Shown in pieces: positions 35,817 to 47,235 of a DNA stretch of 64,000 bases (the stretch's first letter is position 1; each line of letters starts with the position of its first letter). This DNA comes from Escherichia coli (GTDB lineage Bacteria > Pseudomonadota > Gammaproteobacteria > Enterobacterales > Enterobacteriaceae). The translations under genes and the position numbers were made by a program. The stretch is taken from the NCBI RefSeq assembly GCF_022846255.1, contig NZ_AP025682.1; one strand, 5' to 3'. The notes under the pieces were generated by a model. That model saw only the letters and a list, made by a program, of their open reading frames with translations, did not search any database and had not been told where the DNA came from.

Positions 35817-37511
35817 ATGTCAGATCAACTTCAAATGACAGATGGTATGCATATCATCGTTGAAGCATTAAAACAGAATAATATTGACACTATTTATGGT
35901 GTTGTAGGTATTCCTGTGACGGATATGGCGCGCCATGCCCAGGCGGAAGGCATTCGTTATATTGGTTTTCGTCATGAGCAGTCGGCAGGCTATGCCGCTG
36001 CAGCAAGCGGTTTTCTTACCCAAAAACCAGGGATCTGCCTGACAGTGTCTGCGCCAGGATTCCTCAATGGTTTGACCGCATTGGCCAATGCAACGGTAAA
36101 TGGTTTTCCGATGATCATGATTAGCGGCTCCAGCGACCGCGCGATCGTCGATCTCCAGCAAGGTGATTATGAAGAGCTGGACCAAATGAATGCGGCAAAA
36201 CCGTATGCCAAAGCAGCATTTCGCGTTAATCAGCCGCAGGATCTTGGCATTGCATTGGCACGCGCTATCCGGGTCTCAGTATCGGGTCGTCCTGGCGGTG
36301 TTTATCTTGATTTGCCAGCAAATGTCCTGGCCGCGACGATGGAAAAAGACGAAGCGTTAACCACGATTGTTAAAGTTGAAAATCCGTCGCCAGCATTATT
36401 GCCATGCCCGAAGTCAGTCACTAGCGCAATTTCGCTTTTAGCAAAAGCTGAACGACCATTAATTATCCTTGGCAAAGGCGCGGCGTATTCACAATCTGAT
36501 GAACAGCTTCGTGAATTTATTGAAAGTGCCCAGATTCCATTCCTGCCAATGTCTATGGCGAAAGGGATCCTCGAAGATACGCATCCACTTTCTGCGGCAG
36601 CTGCGCGTTCGTTTGCCCTGGCAAATGCTGACGTTGTCATGCTTGTTGGTGCACGACTGAATTGGTTACTGGCACACGGTAAAAAAGGATGGGCGGCAGA
36701 TACACAGTTTATTCAACTGGATATTGAACCGCAGGAAATTGACAGCAACCGCCCCATTGCTGTGCCAGTCGTTGGCGATATTGCATCCAGTATGCAAGGT
36801 ATGCTGGCAGAATTGAAACAAAACACATTTACGACTCCACTGGTGTGGCGCGATATTTTAAATATCCACAAGCAGCAAAATGCACAAAAAATGCATGAAA
36901 AGTTAAGTACAGATACCCAACCATTAAATTACTTTAATGCATTGAGTGCTGTGCGCGATGTTTTGCGCGAGAACCAGGATATTTATTTAGTTAATGAAGG
37001 GGCAAATACCCTGGATAATGCACGAAATATTATTGATATGTATAAACCACGTCGTCGTCTGGATTGTGGCACCTGGGGTGTCATGGGCATCGGTATGGGC
37101 TATGCCATCGGTGCTAGCGTGACCTCTGGTTCTCCGGTTGTCGCTATTGAAGGTGATAGTGCTTTTGGTTTCAGTGGGATGGAGATTGAAACGATTTGTC
37201 GATATAACCTGCCGGTGACGATCGTTATTTTTAATAATGGCGGCATCTACAGAGGAGACGGTGTTGACCTCAGCGGCGCTGGTGCACCATCGCCAACGGA
37301 TCTGTTGCACCATGCAAGGTATGACAAATTAATGGATGCGTTTCGTGGCGTTGGCTATAACGTCACCACGACAGATGAACTTCGTCATGCTTTAACCACC
37401 GGAATTCAGTCGCGCAAACCGACCATTATTAATGTGGTCATCGACCCAGCAGCAGGAACTGAAAGTGGCCATATTACCAAACTTAACCCAAAACAAGTCG
37501 CTGGTAATTAA
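35817..37511 (+). CDS. oxc: oxalyl-CoA decarboxylase (ThDP-dependent)
   Basis: 564-aa ORF with ThDP-binding motif GDSAFGFSGMEIETICRYNLPVTIVIFNNGG. Confidence 0.9.
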   Translation: MSDQLQMTDGMHIIVEALKQNNIDTIYGVVGIPVTDMARHAQAEGIRYIGFRHEQSAGYAAAASGFLTQKPGICLTVSAPGFLNGLTALANATVNGFPMIMISGSSDRAIVDLQQGDYEELDQMNAAKPYAKAAFRVNQPQDLGIALARAIRVSVSGRPGGVYLDLPANVLAATMEKDEALTTIVKVENPSPALLPCPKSVTSAISLLAKAERPLIILGKGAAYSQSDEQLREFIESAQIPFLPMSMAKGILEDTHPLSAAAARSFALANADVVMLVGARLNWLLAHGKKGWAADTQFIQLDIEPQEIDSNRPIAVPVVGDIASSMQGMLAELKQNTFTTPLVWRDILNIHKQQNAQKMHEKLSTDTQPLNYFNALSAVRDVLRENQDIYLVNEGANTLDNARNIIDMYKPRRRLDCGTWGVMGIGMGYAIGASVTSGSPVVAIEGDSAFGFSGMEIETICRYNLPVTIVIFNNGGIYRGDGVDLSGAGAPSPTDLLHHARYDKLMDAFRGVGYNVTTTDELRHALTTGIQSRKPTIINVVIDPAAGTESGHITKLNPKQVAGN

Positions 37512-37580
37512 ATACTGACATCGTCTCCTCTTGCCAACTTATTATGCGATGGTGAGGGGACCCTTATCGGAAATACTATT

Positions 37581-38525
37581 ATGCTAACATTTTTTATTGG
37601 CGATTTATTGCCTATTATCGTAATCATGCTGTTGGGTTATTTTAGCGGCAGACGAGAAACTTTTTCAGAAGATCAAGCCCGGGCATTTAATAAACTGGTA
37701 TTAAACTACGCTCTTCCTGCGGCTCTATTTGTTTCTATTACCAGGGCAAACAGGGAAATGATTTTTGCGGACACTCGCCTGACCCTTGTATCACTTGTGG
37801 TTATTGTCGGATGTTTCTTTTTCTCCTGGTTCGGTTGCTACAAATTTTTTAAACGTACCCATGCAGAAGCAGCAGTATGTGCATTAATTGCAGGTTCACC
37901 TACCATTGGATTCCTGGGGTTTGCAGTTCTCGATCCTATTTATGGTGATTCCGTATCAACAGGTTTAGTGGTAGCAATTATTTCTATTATTGTTAACGCA
38001 ATTACTATTCCTATTGGTCTGTATTTGCTGAATCCTTCCTCAGGAGCGGATGGTAAGAAGAATAGTAATCTGAGCGCATTAATTTCTGCGGCAAAGGAGC
38101 CAGTAGTATGGGCACCTGTTCTGGCAACGATCCTGGTGCTGGTTGGGGTAAAAATTCCGGCAGCATGGGACCCAACCTTTAATCTGATTGCGAAGGCTAA
38201 CTCAGGGGTAGCGGTATTCGCTGCGGGGTTGACTCTGGCTGCACATAAATTCGAGTTCAGTGCCGAAATTGCTTATAACACTTTCCTGAAGCTGATTCTG
38301 ATGCCACTGGCGCTGCTTCTCGTCGGTATGGCATGTCATTTGAATAGCGAACATTTGCAGATGATGGTACTGGCAGGCGCATTACCGCCGGCATTCTCCG
38401 GAATCATTATTGCCAGCCGGTTTAATGTCTACACCCGCACTGGTACAGCGTCATTGGCTGTGAGCGTACTGGGTTTTGTCGTCACGGCTCCTTTGTGGAT
38501 TTATGTCAGTCGACTGGTTTCATAA
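37581..38525 (+). CDS. yfdV: AEC-family membrane transporter
   Basis: 314-aa polytopic ORF. Confidence 0.8.
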
Positions 38526-38597
38526 TTAATCATGTTATTGATTTTACATAAATGCCGAAGTGTCTTTTCACCTTCGGCTTTTTCAAGGCATAAGCAA

Positions 38598-39743
38598 ATG
38601 ACAAATAATGAATGCAAAGGGCCGTTTGAAGGCTTATTAGTTATCGATATGACGCATGTCCTTAATGGGCCTTTCGGAACTCAACTTCTTTGTAATATGG
38701 GTGCAAGGGTAATTAAAGTTGAGCCGCCGGGTCATGGTGATGATACCCGCACATTTGGTCCCTATGTGGATGGACAGTCACTCTATTACAGTTTTATTAA
38801 TCATGGCAAAGAGAGTGTGGTTCTTGATTTAAAGAATGATCACGATAAAAGTATATTTATAAATATGCTTAAACAAGCTGATGTATTAGCTGAGAATTTT
38901 CGCCCAGGTACAATGGAAAAACTCGGGTTTTCATGGGAAAGGTTACAAGAAATCAACCCGCGCCTTATATATGCTTCATCGTCAGGTTTCGGACATACCG
39001 GTCCGCTAAAAGATGCTCCTGCCTACGATACCATCATTCAGGCAATGAGCGGGATAATGATGGAAACAGGATACCCTGATGCTCCGCCAGTGCGCGTTGG
39101 TACCTCTCTTGCGGATCTCTGTGGCGGTGTTTATTTATTCGGTGGAATAGTGAGTGCACTTTATGGCCGCGAAAAGAGCCAGAGAGGTGCGCATGTCGAT
39201 ATAGCGATGTTTGATGCCACTCTGAGTTTTCTGGAGCATGGACTGATGGCATATATCGCGACTGGGAAGTCACCACAACGCCTGGGAAATCGCCATCCCT
39301 ACATGGCACCTTTTGATGTTTTCGATACTCAGGATAAGCCGATTACGATTTGTTGTGGTAATGACAAGCTTTTTTCTGCGTTATGCCAGGCACTGGAGCT
39401 TACGGAACTGGTTAATGATCCCCGATTTAGCAGCAATATTTTACGCGTACATAACCAGGCTATTCTTAAAGAATATATTGAGCGGACGTTAAAAACGCAG
39501 GTAGCTGAAGTTTGGTTAGCCAGAATACATGAAGTTGGTGTGCCCGTCGCGCCGTTATTAAGTGTGGCTGAGGCCATTAATTTACCACAAACTCAGGCGA
39601 GAAATATGTTGATTGAAGCCGGGGGAATAATGATGCCGGGTAATCCGATAAAAATCAGCGGCTGCGCGGACCCGCATGTTATGCCGGGAGCGGCAACGCT
39701 CGACCAGCATGGGGAACAAATTCGCCAGGAGTTCTCATCATAA
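38598..39743 (+). CDS. yfdE: acetyl-CoA:oxalate CoA-transferase (family III CoA-transferase)
   Basis: Track ORF 38532..39743 trimmed to Met-23 (381 aa); paralogous to frc. Confidence 0.8.
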   Translation: MTNNECKGPFEGLLVIDMTHVLNGPFGTQLLCNMGARVIKVEPPGHGDDTRTFGPYVDGQSLYYSFINHGKESVVLDLKNDHDKSIFINMLKQADVLAENFRPGTMEKLGFSWERLQEINPRLIYASSSGFGHTGPLKDAPAYDTIIQAMSGIMMETGYPDAPPVRVGTSLADLCGGVYLFGGIVSALYGREKSQRGAHVDIAMFDATLSFLEHGLMAYIATGKSPQRLGNRHPYMAPFDVFDTQDKPITICCGNDKLFSALCQALELTELVNDPRFSSNILRVHNQAILKEYIERTLKTQVAEVWLARIHEVGVPVAPLLSVAEAINLPQTQARNMLIEAGGIMMPGNPIKISGCADPHVMPGAATLDQHGEQIRQEFSS

Positions 39744-39798
39744 ATGTAAGATGTGCTGGTAAATAGCTCCCACATTTGAACATTGTGGGAGCCGCTAT

Positions 39799-42700
39799 TT
39801 AGTCATTTTGCTGACAGAAAACAGTAATCTCCTGGTCCAGCTCTGCAATGTGTTCTTTTACAGAGTTCAGCAACTGAAGAATTTCAGGCTTACTGTCATC
39901 TGAAACAGGTGTTATTTCTAACTGGTGGCTAATATTAATCAACTTTTGCAAATTCAGGATGTTAGCCGCACCGTGGATGCGATGAATACACTGATGGAAA
40001 GTTCTGTTATCGCCAGCTTCTAGTGCATGAAACGCAGCGGGTAGATCTTTATGCGTTTCATGCTGGAAAGTCATGAGAATCTCCTGCATCAGTTGTAGAT
40101 CATTCGCCGTATTATTCTTCAGGGCCTCGATATCAAGGTGGCGATACTGAGGTGCAATATGCGCAACCTGGTGTAACTGACTTAAATGTGTTTTCAGTAC
40201 ATCCAGAGTCAACGGTTTGAACAAACATAAGTTCATGCCGCAATTTAACCCTTTTTCACGTTCGTTAGCCTGTGCGTTGGCTGTAAGCCCCCAGATGGGT
40301 AAGGAAGAATTTTGCTCACGGAGTTTGCGAGTCAACTCAAAACCATCCATATTCGGCATATTAACGTCAGTAATAAGCAGATCATAATGTTGCATACTGA
40401 CTTTGTGTAGCGCTTGCACACCATCAGTGGCTTCATCAACATCATATCCTAATAGATTTAGCTGGCGTTTGAGTAATAGCCTGTTGGTCGGATGATCATC
40501 CGCGATTAATATGCTCAACTTTTCAGGGAGTGTTATAGGTTGTTCTGCTTTTGCCTCGACAGCCGCCACTTGTTGGGTAATTTCTACCGGGATTGTGATC
40601 GTAAATATCGTTCCTATGCCTGGATGACTTTCTAATGACAAATCGCCCTGCATGTTTTTAATTAATTCTTTGCAGATCATTAAGCCTAAACCAGAACCTG
40701 TTTGCTGACGACCTGCACTTGTTTGGCTATAGCGTTTAAACAGTTGTTGTTGTTCTTCCTGAGATAATCCACTTCCAGAATCCATAATCGTCATTTTGAT
40801 AACAGCGTGGTTGTCATCAATGTGACCCAGGGAGGTCGTAATTTTTACTGCCCCCTCGGTAGTAAATTTGAGAGCATTACTCAGTAAATTAGATAAGACC
40901 TGCTTAAACGCCTGAGGGTCGATCTTAACCAGGTAGCGTTCAGGAAGCGTACTGCTGCAACTTAATGCGATCGATTTGCTTGCAGCAATCGCAGCGAAAG
41001 AGTGACAAGTGTTCTGGACTAAAGTAGGGATATCGACCCATTGTGGTTGAAGTTGATAGTTACCCGATTCAATTTTGTCGACATCAAGGATTTCACCAAT
41101 TAAGCCGAGGAGTGATTGTCCGGTGGCGTAGGCAAGTGAAATCGCCTCCACCCGTTGTTCCTTGCTAAGACCAGAACCCGACAGTAGTTCCAGGAAGCCC
41201 ATAATGGAGCTTATTGGTGTTCTTATTTCGTGACTCATTGTTGCCAGAAACTGGCTTTTTGCGACAGTTGCATTGATCGCTTTATTTCTCTCTACTTCGA
41301 GTGCATGAATTAAATCACGCGTCTCGGTAATATCTTGCCAACCACAAATATAAACAGCATGTTCGCTTGCTGGCAGATTACATAAGGTATGCCAGTGATT
41401 AATGCATCTTTTCTCGATGCCATTATCAATTTCAAATACCTGTGTGTATATTGTTCGGTTTTCTTTCGTTTCTGCTGTGACTTCATGCGTATTAGAAAAA
41501 ACATCTTTAAAGGGGGATTCACTGTTTTCTAATGGTAACATTGCATTTTTATAGTAATCAGCAGTGAAATAATGTTCAAATGCACTATTGTGACTAATGA
41601 CATTACCTTGCCAGTTTACAACATAAGTTGGATTCGGTAAGGAATCCGAGAGCGCTTTCCGGAATGATATTTGGTTTTCTAAATCACCCTGAATAACTTT
41701 ACGACGACGAACTGAGCGTAACAGGTAGAATCCCCATAAAAGGCTACTGCCAACTAATAAAACGGATAATGTCGTAACAATATAAAATTGCTCGCTATAG
41801 AGGTCCCATGTGTCAATGGTCACATTGGGCATTTTAATCCATTTTTCGGTCAGGCGCAGAACTTCGCTTGGGGGAATTGCATTCAGTGCTTTATTAATAA
41901 TATCCTTAAGTTCCGGTTCTCCGCGAGGAAAAGCGAACGAAAGTGATGCATTCTGAACGCCGGGAATAAGAAAATGATAAAGTTCATTAGGATAGTAATG
42001 GTCGATCATGTAACGCGAATTTAACTGTGTCGCGACCAGAGCATCAAGTTCACCTTCCTTGACCTTGTGAAATGCAGCGCTGGCGTTATCGACTTTTATC
42101 CACTCTACCTCCGGATACATCTCTTTTAATTGCGAATGAAGCTCATAATAATATGGAATGGCAACTTTCATTCCTTTTTTTAATGTTTGTTCACTGTCAG
42201 GCGCTTTTTGCATGACAAAAACGTAAGGCGTTGTTATGAAGACTTCAGCAAATGAAACATTATTTTCTCGATCTTCACTATAAATAGCGGCGGGCAATAT
42301 ATCCCATCCACCGGGGTTAAGCTGTGTCCCAGCATGAATATTATGTGAAACGGTGATCGGAGAAAAATTTAAACCTGTTTGCAAGGTAATAATATTAAGA
42401 ATATCACCCATCACGCCCCGAACTGAGCCAGTTTCATCTGTCATAGAATAGGGTGGCGAGTAAGGATTTTCCAGCACCTTTAAATCGGGATGCTGCTTAA
42501 TCCACTGTTTTTCATGTTCAGTGAGTTCTAATGGTTTGTTCAGAAAGGCCAGGTTTCCTGTATCAAGCCAATTTTGTGATACTTCATAGCGAACTTCATT
42601 TGTTAAAGCATCAACAAATCGATTGAGTACTTCATTAAGAACGATTGAATCTTTTCTGGTTAATAAAAAGTTAAATTGACGCGGTGAGTTATAATACTTC

Positions 42701-43392
42701 ACTACATTTAAGGAGTGAGTAAAATAACGGGAAATCATACTGCTGGTAATGATGTTACTACCAATAAAGTAATCATTCTGTCCGGCTGAGACGGATGCTA
42801 ATGCCTGATATAAATTTGTAAAAGAGATAATTGTTGCTTTTGGAAATGATTGATGAATTACCTCGTCTGGGGGATAATTTGCTACTCGAGCAATATTTAC
42901 TGGTTTTGATGAGGTAAGCGGTCGCATTGAATCGTGAAGGGTAGTGACCAGCGCCGGAAAGGTAATTATCAGAGGATTAGTTGCAGCAATGTCATCATTA
43001 AGAGGCGGCGAAGCAACTAAATGTGATAACACTATATCAACTTCACCGTCTTCCAGCGCGTCCATTGCTTTTTGATGATCTGCGTATTCCCGGAGTGTTA
43101 ATTTGATATTTAACGCTCTTTTTAAAAGATTTAAATAATCAGCATTAATACCACGAATCCGTTGCTGCGAATCGGTATGCAACAACGTAGCTGTTTGGGA
43201 CTTGTGTACTGCAATCACAAGATTTTTTTTGCTCGCGAGCCAACGTAATTCCTTGTTGCTCAGACGTAGTGGATCAAGTGTGACACGGTTGTTACTACTG
43301 ATGCCACGATATTCGATGTAATCTCCGTCTGCGAAACTTATGGTCGACCAAAGACCACAACAGAGAAGAAAAATATAGGGTAAAAACTTCAT
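39799..43392 (-). CDS. evgS: hybrid sensor histidine kinase EvgS
   Basis: 1197-aa ORF: tandem periplasmic solute-binding-like domains, TM, PAS, kinase, receiver and HPt domains. Confidence 0.93.
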   Translation of the reverse strand: MKFLPYIFLLCCGLWSTISFADGDYIEYRGISSNNRVTLDPLRLSNKELRWLASKKNLVIAVHKSQTATLLHTDSQQRIRGINADYLNLLKRALNIKLTLREYADHQKAMDALEDGEVDIVLSHLVASPPLNDDIAATNPLIITFPALVTTLHDSMRPLTSSKPVNIARVANYPPDEVIHQSFPKATIISFTNLYQALASVSAGQNDYFIGSNIITSSMISRYFTHSLNVVKYYNSPRQFNFLLTRKDSIVLNEVLNRFVDALTNEVRYEVSQNWLDTGNLAFLNKPLELTEHEKQWIKQHPDLKVLENPYSPPYSMTDETGSVRGVMGDILNIITLQTGLNFSPITVSHNIHAGTQLNPGGWDILPAAIYSEDRENNVSFAEVFITTPYVFVMQKAPDSEQTLKKGMKVAIPYYYELHSQLKEMYPEVEWIKVDNASAAFHKVKEGELDALVATQLNSRYMIDHYYPNELYHFLIPGVQNASLSFAFPRGEPELKDIINKALNAIPPSEVLRLTEKWIKMPNVTIDTWDLYSEQFYIVTTLSVLLVGSSLLWGFYLLRSVRRRKVIQGDLENQISFRKALSDSLPNPTYVVNWQGNVISHNSAFEHYFTADYYKNAMLPLENSESPFKDVFSNTHEVTAETKENRTIYTQVFEIDNGIEKRCINHWHTLCNLPASEHAVYICGWQDITETRDLIHALEVERNKAINATVAKSQFLATMSHEIRTPISSIMGFLELLSGSGLSKEQRVEAISLAYATGQSLLGLIGEILDVDKIESGNYQLQPQWVDIPTLVQNTCHSFAAIAASKSIALSCSSTLPERYLVKIDPQAFKQVLSNLLSNALKFTTEGAVKITTSLGHIDDNHAVIKMTIMDSGSGLSQEEQQQLFKRYSQTSAGRQQTGSGLGLMICKELIKNMQGDLSLESHPGIGTIFTITIPVEITQQVAAVEAKAEQPITLPEKLSILIADDHPTNRLLLKRQLNLLGYDVDEATDGVQALHKVSMQHYDLLITDVNMPNMDGFELTRKLREQNSSLPIWGLTANAQANEREKGLNCGMNLCLFKPLTLDVLKTHLSQLHQVAHIAPQYRHLDIEALKNNTANDLQLMQEILMTFQHETHKDLPAAFHALEAGDNRTFHQCIHRIHGAANILNLQKLINISHQLEITPVSDDSKPEILQLLNSVKEHIAELDQEITVFCQQND

Positions 43393-43396
43393 GTGG

Positions 43397-44011
43397 TTAG
43401 CCGATTTTGTTACGTTGTGCGAATGTGTAAAGATCCATCAGTGATTTGCATTCTAATTTTTCCATCAAGCGACTTTTATAAGTGCTGACAGTTTTGTTGC
43501 TGATGAACATTTTTTCAGCAATGTCATTATTATCCTTGCCATCAAGAATATACCGCATGACACTAATTTCTTGTTTCGATAAGGAGTCGAGTTTTTGCTG
43601 GTCGGACGTTAAACTTCCAACAAACCGGTTGAGAGAGAAGGGGAAATAGCAGTAGCCATTTTTTGCAGCTTCAATAGCTGCAATGATATTGTTCATGCCT
43701 TCTTTTTTACTCACGAAACCATTAGCGCCAGCATCAGCACAATGTTTCCCGTAAAAATGGTCATTTTTAGCGGAGACAATAATAATAATTCCGCTATATT
43801 GGCGCTTTCTCAGCGTTTCTAACACCTGGATACCGTTAACTCCGGGGATATCGACATCAATGATGACGATATCAGGCTTAAGTGTTTCCACCCGCTGAAC
43901 GGCGCTTCCGCCTTCAGTCAACTCTGCTAAGATTTCAATATCGTTTTTGATCAATAAATTACGAATTGCTGCGATAGCAAGAGGATGGTCATCAATAATT
44001 ATTGCGTTCAT
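43397..44011 (-). CDS. evgA: response regulator EvgA (NarL/LuxR family)
   Basis: 204-aa ORF with receiver domain and LuxR-type HTH. Confidence 0.93.
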   Translation of the reverse strand: MNAIIIDDHPLAIAAIRNLLIKNDIEILAELTEGGSAVQRVETLKPDIVIIDVDIPGVNGIQVLETLRKRQYSGIIIIVSAKNDHFYGKHCADAGANGFVSKKEGMNNIIAAIEAAKNGYCYFPFSLNRFVGSLTSDQQKLDSLSKQEISVMRYILDGKDNNDIAEKMFISNKTVSTYKSRLMEKLECKSLMDLYTFAQRNKIG

Positions 44012-44236
44012 AGATTATTCCCTTTGCAATGAAGCATTTCCCTTCTCCCTGTAGTAATACAGACATAAGGTATCATCTCATTTTCTCAATAAAAATAAGA
44101 AAATTTGAGCTTCCTTTAAGATAATTCGACAAGTATACCATATAAATAGTCGGCATAAATAAAATGTCAACAATAAAATCAGGGATGATACCGATGATTT
44201 ATAGTTTCAAATGAGCACTATAAGTTTTCTCACTAA

Positions 44237-44253
44237 TCCTACAGGCGTAAGAA
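44237..44253. promoter_or_regulatory. candidate EvgA box (imperfect inverted repeat TCCTACA-GG-CGTAAGAA) in the evgA-emrK divergent region
   Basis: Resembles the EvgA consensus as I recall it (TTCYTACA...TGTARGAA). Confidence 0.4.
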
Positions 44254-44426
44254 TTGTATTGCAAAAGCCGCGGTTTAGTCCTCTGTTGTTATTTTTGCAC
44301 TTCATTTAAATTAGCCCTCCAACGTTCCCGGGATAATGTGCAAAACATGCACTGTGTTTGATATGAGGAATGAATACTCTTTTCATTCAATTCATAAATT
44401 TCATCTATGCGAAATGAGAGATAATA

Positions 44427-45590
44427 GTGGAACAGATTAATTCAAATAAAAAACATTCTGACAGAAGAAAATATTTTGCTTTGTTAGCGGTAGTTTTATT
44501 TATTGCGTTTTCAGGTGCCTATGCCTATTGGTCAATGGAATTAAAAGACATGATTAGTACAGATGACGCCTATGTCACGGGAAATGCAGATCCAATTTCT
44601 GCACAAGTCTCAGGCAGCGTCACTGTCGTTAATCATAAAGATACGAACTACGTTCGACAAGGTGACATTTTAGTTTCACTGGATAAAACTGATGCCACTA
44701 TCGCACTCAATAAAGCTAAAAATAATCTGGCAAATATTGTTCGGCAAACGAATAAACTATACTTACAGGATAAACAATACAGTGCCGAAGTCGCTTCAGC
44801 ACGTATTCAGTATCAACAATCTTTAGAAGATTATAACCGTCGTGTGCCTTTAGCGAAGCAAGGGGTTATTTCAAAAGAAGCGCTGGAGCATACCAAAGAT
44901 ACGTTAATAAGTAGCAAAGCGGCATTGAATGCTGCTATCCAGGCTTATAAAGCGAATAAAGCTTTAGTAATGAACACACCATTAAACCGTCAGCCACAAG
45001 TCATTGAAGCTGCAGATGCAACCAAAGAAGCCTGGTTGGCGCTTAAACGTACGGATATTAAGAGTCCGGTTACCGGTTATATTGCCCAGAGAAGTGTTCA
45101 GGTCGGCGAAACAGTGAGTCCCGGACAATCATTAATGGCTGTCGTACCGGCGCGTCAAATGTGGGTTAATGCCAACTTTAAAGAAACACAACTCACGGAT
45201 GTACGGATTGGTCAATCGGTCAATATTATCAGCGATCTTTATGGTGAAAATGTTGTGTTTCATGGTCGGGTGACAGGGATCAATATGGGAACCGGCAATG
45301 CGTTCTCCTTATTACCTGCACAAAATGCGACAGGGAACTGGATCAAAATCGTTCAGCGTGTACCGGTTGAAGTTTCTCTGGATCCAAAAGAACTCATGGA
45401 ACACCCTTTGCGCATTGGTTTATCGATGACTGCAACTATTGATACGAAGAATGAAGACATTGCCGAGATGCCCGATCTGGCTTCAACCGTGACGTCCATG
45501 CCTGCTTATACCAGTAAGGCTTTAGTTATCGATACTAGTCCGATAGAAAAAGAAATTAGCAACATTATTTCGCATAATGGACAACTTTAA
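44427..45590 (+). CDS. emrK: multidrug efflux membrane fusion protein (HlyD family)
   Basis: 387-aa ORF with N-terminal TM, coiled-coil and beta-barrel segments; EmrA paralogue. Confidence 0.88.
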   Translation: MEQINSNKKHSDRRKYFALLAVVLFIAFSGAYAYWSMELKDMISTDDAYVTGNADPISAQVSGSVTVVNHKDTNYVRQGDILVSLDKTDATIALNKAKNNLANIVRQTNKLYLQDKQYSAEVASARIQYQQSLEDYNRRVPLAKQGVISKEALEHTKDTLISSKAALNAAIQAYKANKALVMNTPLNRQPQVIEAADATKEAWLALKRTDIKSPVTGYIAQRSVQVGETVSPGQSLMAVVPARQMWVNANFKETQLTDVRIGQSVNIISDLYGENVVFHGRVTGINMGTGNAFSLLPAQNATGNWIKIVQRVPVEVSLDPKELMEHPLRIGLSMTATIDTKNEDIAEMPDLASTVTSMPAYTSKALVIDTSPIEKEISNIISHNGQL

Positions 45591-47128
45591 TGGCAATCAC
45601 TAAATCAACTCCTGCACCATTAACCGGTGGGACGTTATGGTGCGTCACTATTGCATTGTCATTAGCGACGTTTATGCAAATGTTGGATTCCACTATTTCT
45701 AACGTCGCAATACCGACAATATCTGGCTTTCTGGGAGCATCAACAGACGAAGGCACCTGGGTTATCACCTCGTTTGGCGTAGCAAATGCCATTGCGATCC
45801 CTGTTACCGGCAGGCTGGCACAAAGAATAGGCGAATTAAGGTTATTTTTACTTTCAGTAACCTTTTTTTCGCTGTCTTCATTAATGTGTAGTTTATCGAC
45901 CAATCTTGATGTGCTGATATTTTTTAGAGTCGTTCAGGGGTTAATGGCGGGGCCGTTAATTCCACTGTCACAGAGTTTATTATTAAGGAATTATCCACCA
46001 GAAAAAAGAACATTTGCTCTGGCATTATGGTCAATGACCGTGATTATCGCTCCGATATGTGGGCCGATATTGGGCGGCTATATTTGCGATAACTTTAGCT
46101 GGGGTTGGATATTTTTAATCAATGTCCCTATGGGGATTATCGTCCTGACATTATGCTTAACCTTACTTAAAGGACGAGAAACTGAGACTTCACCGGTCAA
46201 AATGAATCTACCAGGACTGACCCTGTTAGTGCTCGGTGTTGGTGGCTTGCAAATTATGCTTGATAAAGGGCGCGATCTGGATTGGTTCAACTCGAGTACA
46301 ATAATACTACTAACAGTAGTATCAGTTATTTCTCTGATCTCTTTAGTCATTTGGGAGTCGACCTCAGAGAATCCGATTCTTGACCTCAGTTTGTTTAAGT
46401 CCCGTAATTTCACCATTGGTATTGTGAGTATCACATGCGCGTATTTATTTTACTCTGGAGCGATAGTTCTTATGCCGCAGTTACTCCAGGAAACGATGGG
46501 GTATAATGCGATATGGGCCGGACTTGCCTATGCGCCCATCGGTATCATGCCGCTATTAATATCACCTTTGATAGGACGTTATGGCAACAAAATTGATATG
46601 CGGTTGTTGGTGACATTTAGTTTTTTGATGTATGCGGTTTGCTATTACTGGCGTTCTGTGACATTTATGCCAACGATTGATTTTACAGGCATCATTTTGC
46701 CACAGTTTTTTCAGGGATTCGCCGTTGCCTGTTTCTTTTTACCCTTAACAACGATTTCGTTTTCAGGCTTGCCAGATAATAAATTTGCCAATGCCTCGAG
46801 TATGAGTAATTTTTTTCGCACCTTGTCAGGATCAGTTGGTACGTCGTTGACAATGACACTGTGGGGACGCCGCGAATCGTTACACCATAGTCAGTTGACA
46901 GCAACCATCGATCAATTTAACCCCGTGTTTAATTCATCGTCACAAATTATGGATAAATACTATGGTTCGCTTTCAGGAGTTCTTAATGAAATTAATAATG
47001 AAATAACTCAGCAGTCACTTTCTATTTCTGCAAATGAGATTTTCCGTATGGCGGCTATTGCTTTTATCTTACTTACGGTTTTGGTTTGGTTTGCGAAACC
47101 GCCGTTTACAGCGAAAGGCGTTGGGTGA
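45590..47128 (+). CDS. emrY: multidrug efflux MFS transporter (DHA2, 14 TM)
   Basis: 512-aa polytopic ORF; start overlaps the emrK stop (ATGA-type coupling). Confidence 0.88.
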   Translation: MAITKSTPAPLTGGTLWCVTIALSLATFMQMLDSTISNVAIPTISGFLGASTDEGTWVITSFGVANAIAIPVTGRLAQRIGELRLFLLSVTFFSLSSLMCSLSTNLDVLIFFRVVQGLMAGPLIPLSQSLLLRNYPPEKRTFALALWSMTVIIAPICGPILGGYICDNFSWGWIFLINVPMGIIVLTLCLTLLKGRETETSPVKMNLPGLTLLVLGVGGLQIMLDKGRDLDWFNSSTIILLTVVSVISLISLVIWESTSENPILDLSLFKSRNFTIGIVSITCAYLFYSGAIVLMPQLLQETMGYNAIWAGLAYAPIGIMPLLISPLIGRYGNKIDMRLLVTFSFLMYAVCYYWRSVTFMPTIDFTGIILPQFFQGFAVACFFLPLTTISFSGLPDNKFANASSMSNFFRTLSGSVGTSLTMTLWGRRESLHHSQLTATIDQFNPVFNSSSQIMDKYYGSLSGVLNEINNEITQQSLSISANEIFRMAAIAFILLTVLVWFAKPPFTAKGVG

Positions 47129-47235
47129 TGGAAAAAGAGGAGGCTATAGCAGGTAAAACGGCAGAATCTTAAGTCTGCGTCATCGGCAGCATCGCTCACC
47201 CAGGGAAAGGATGGCGATGCTGCGTTGAAACGTTA

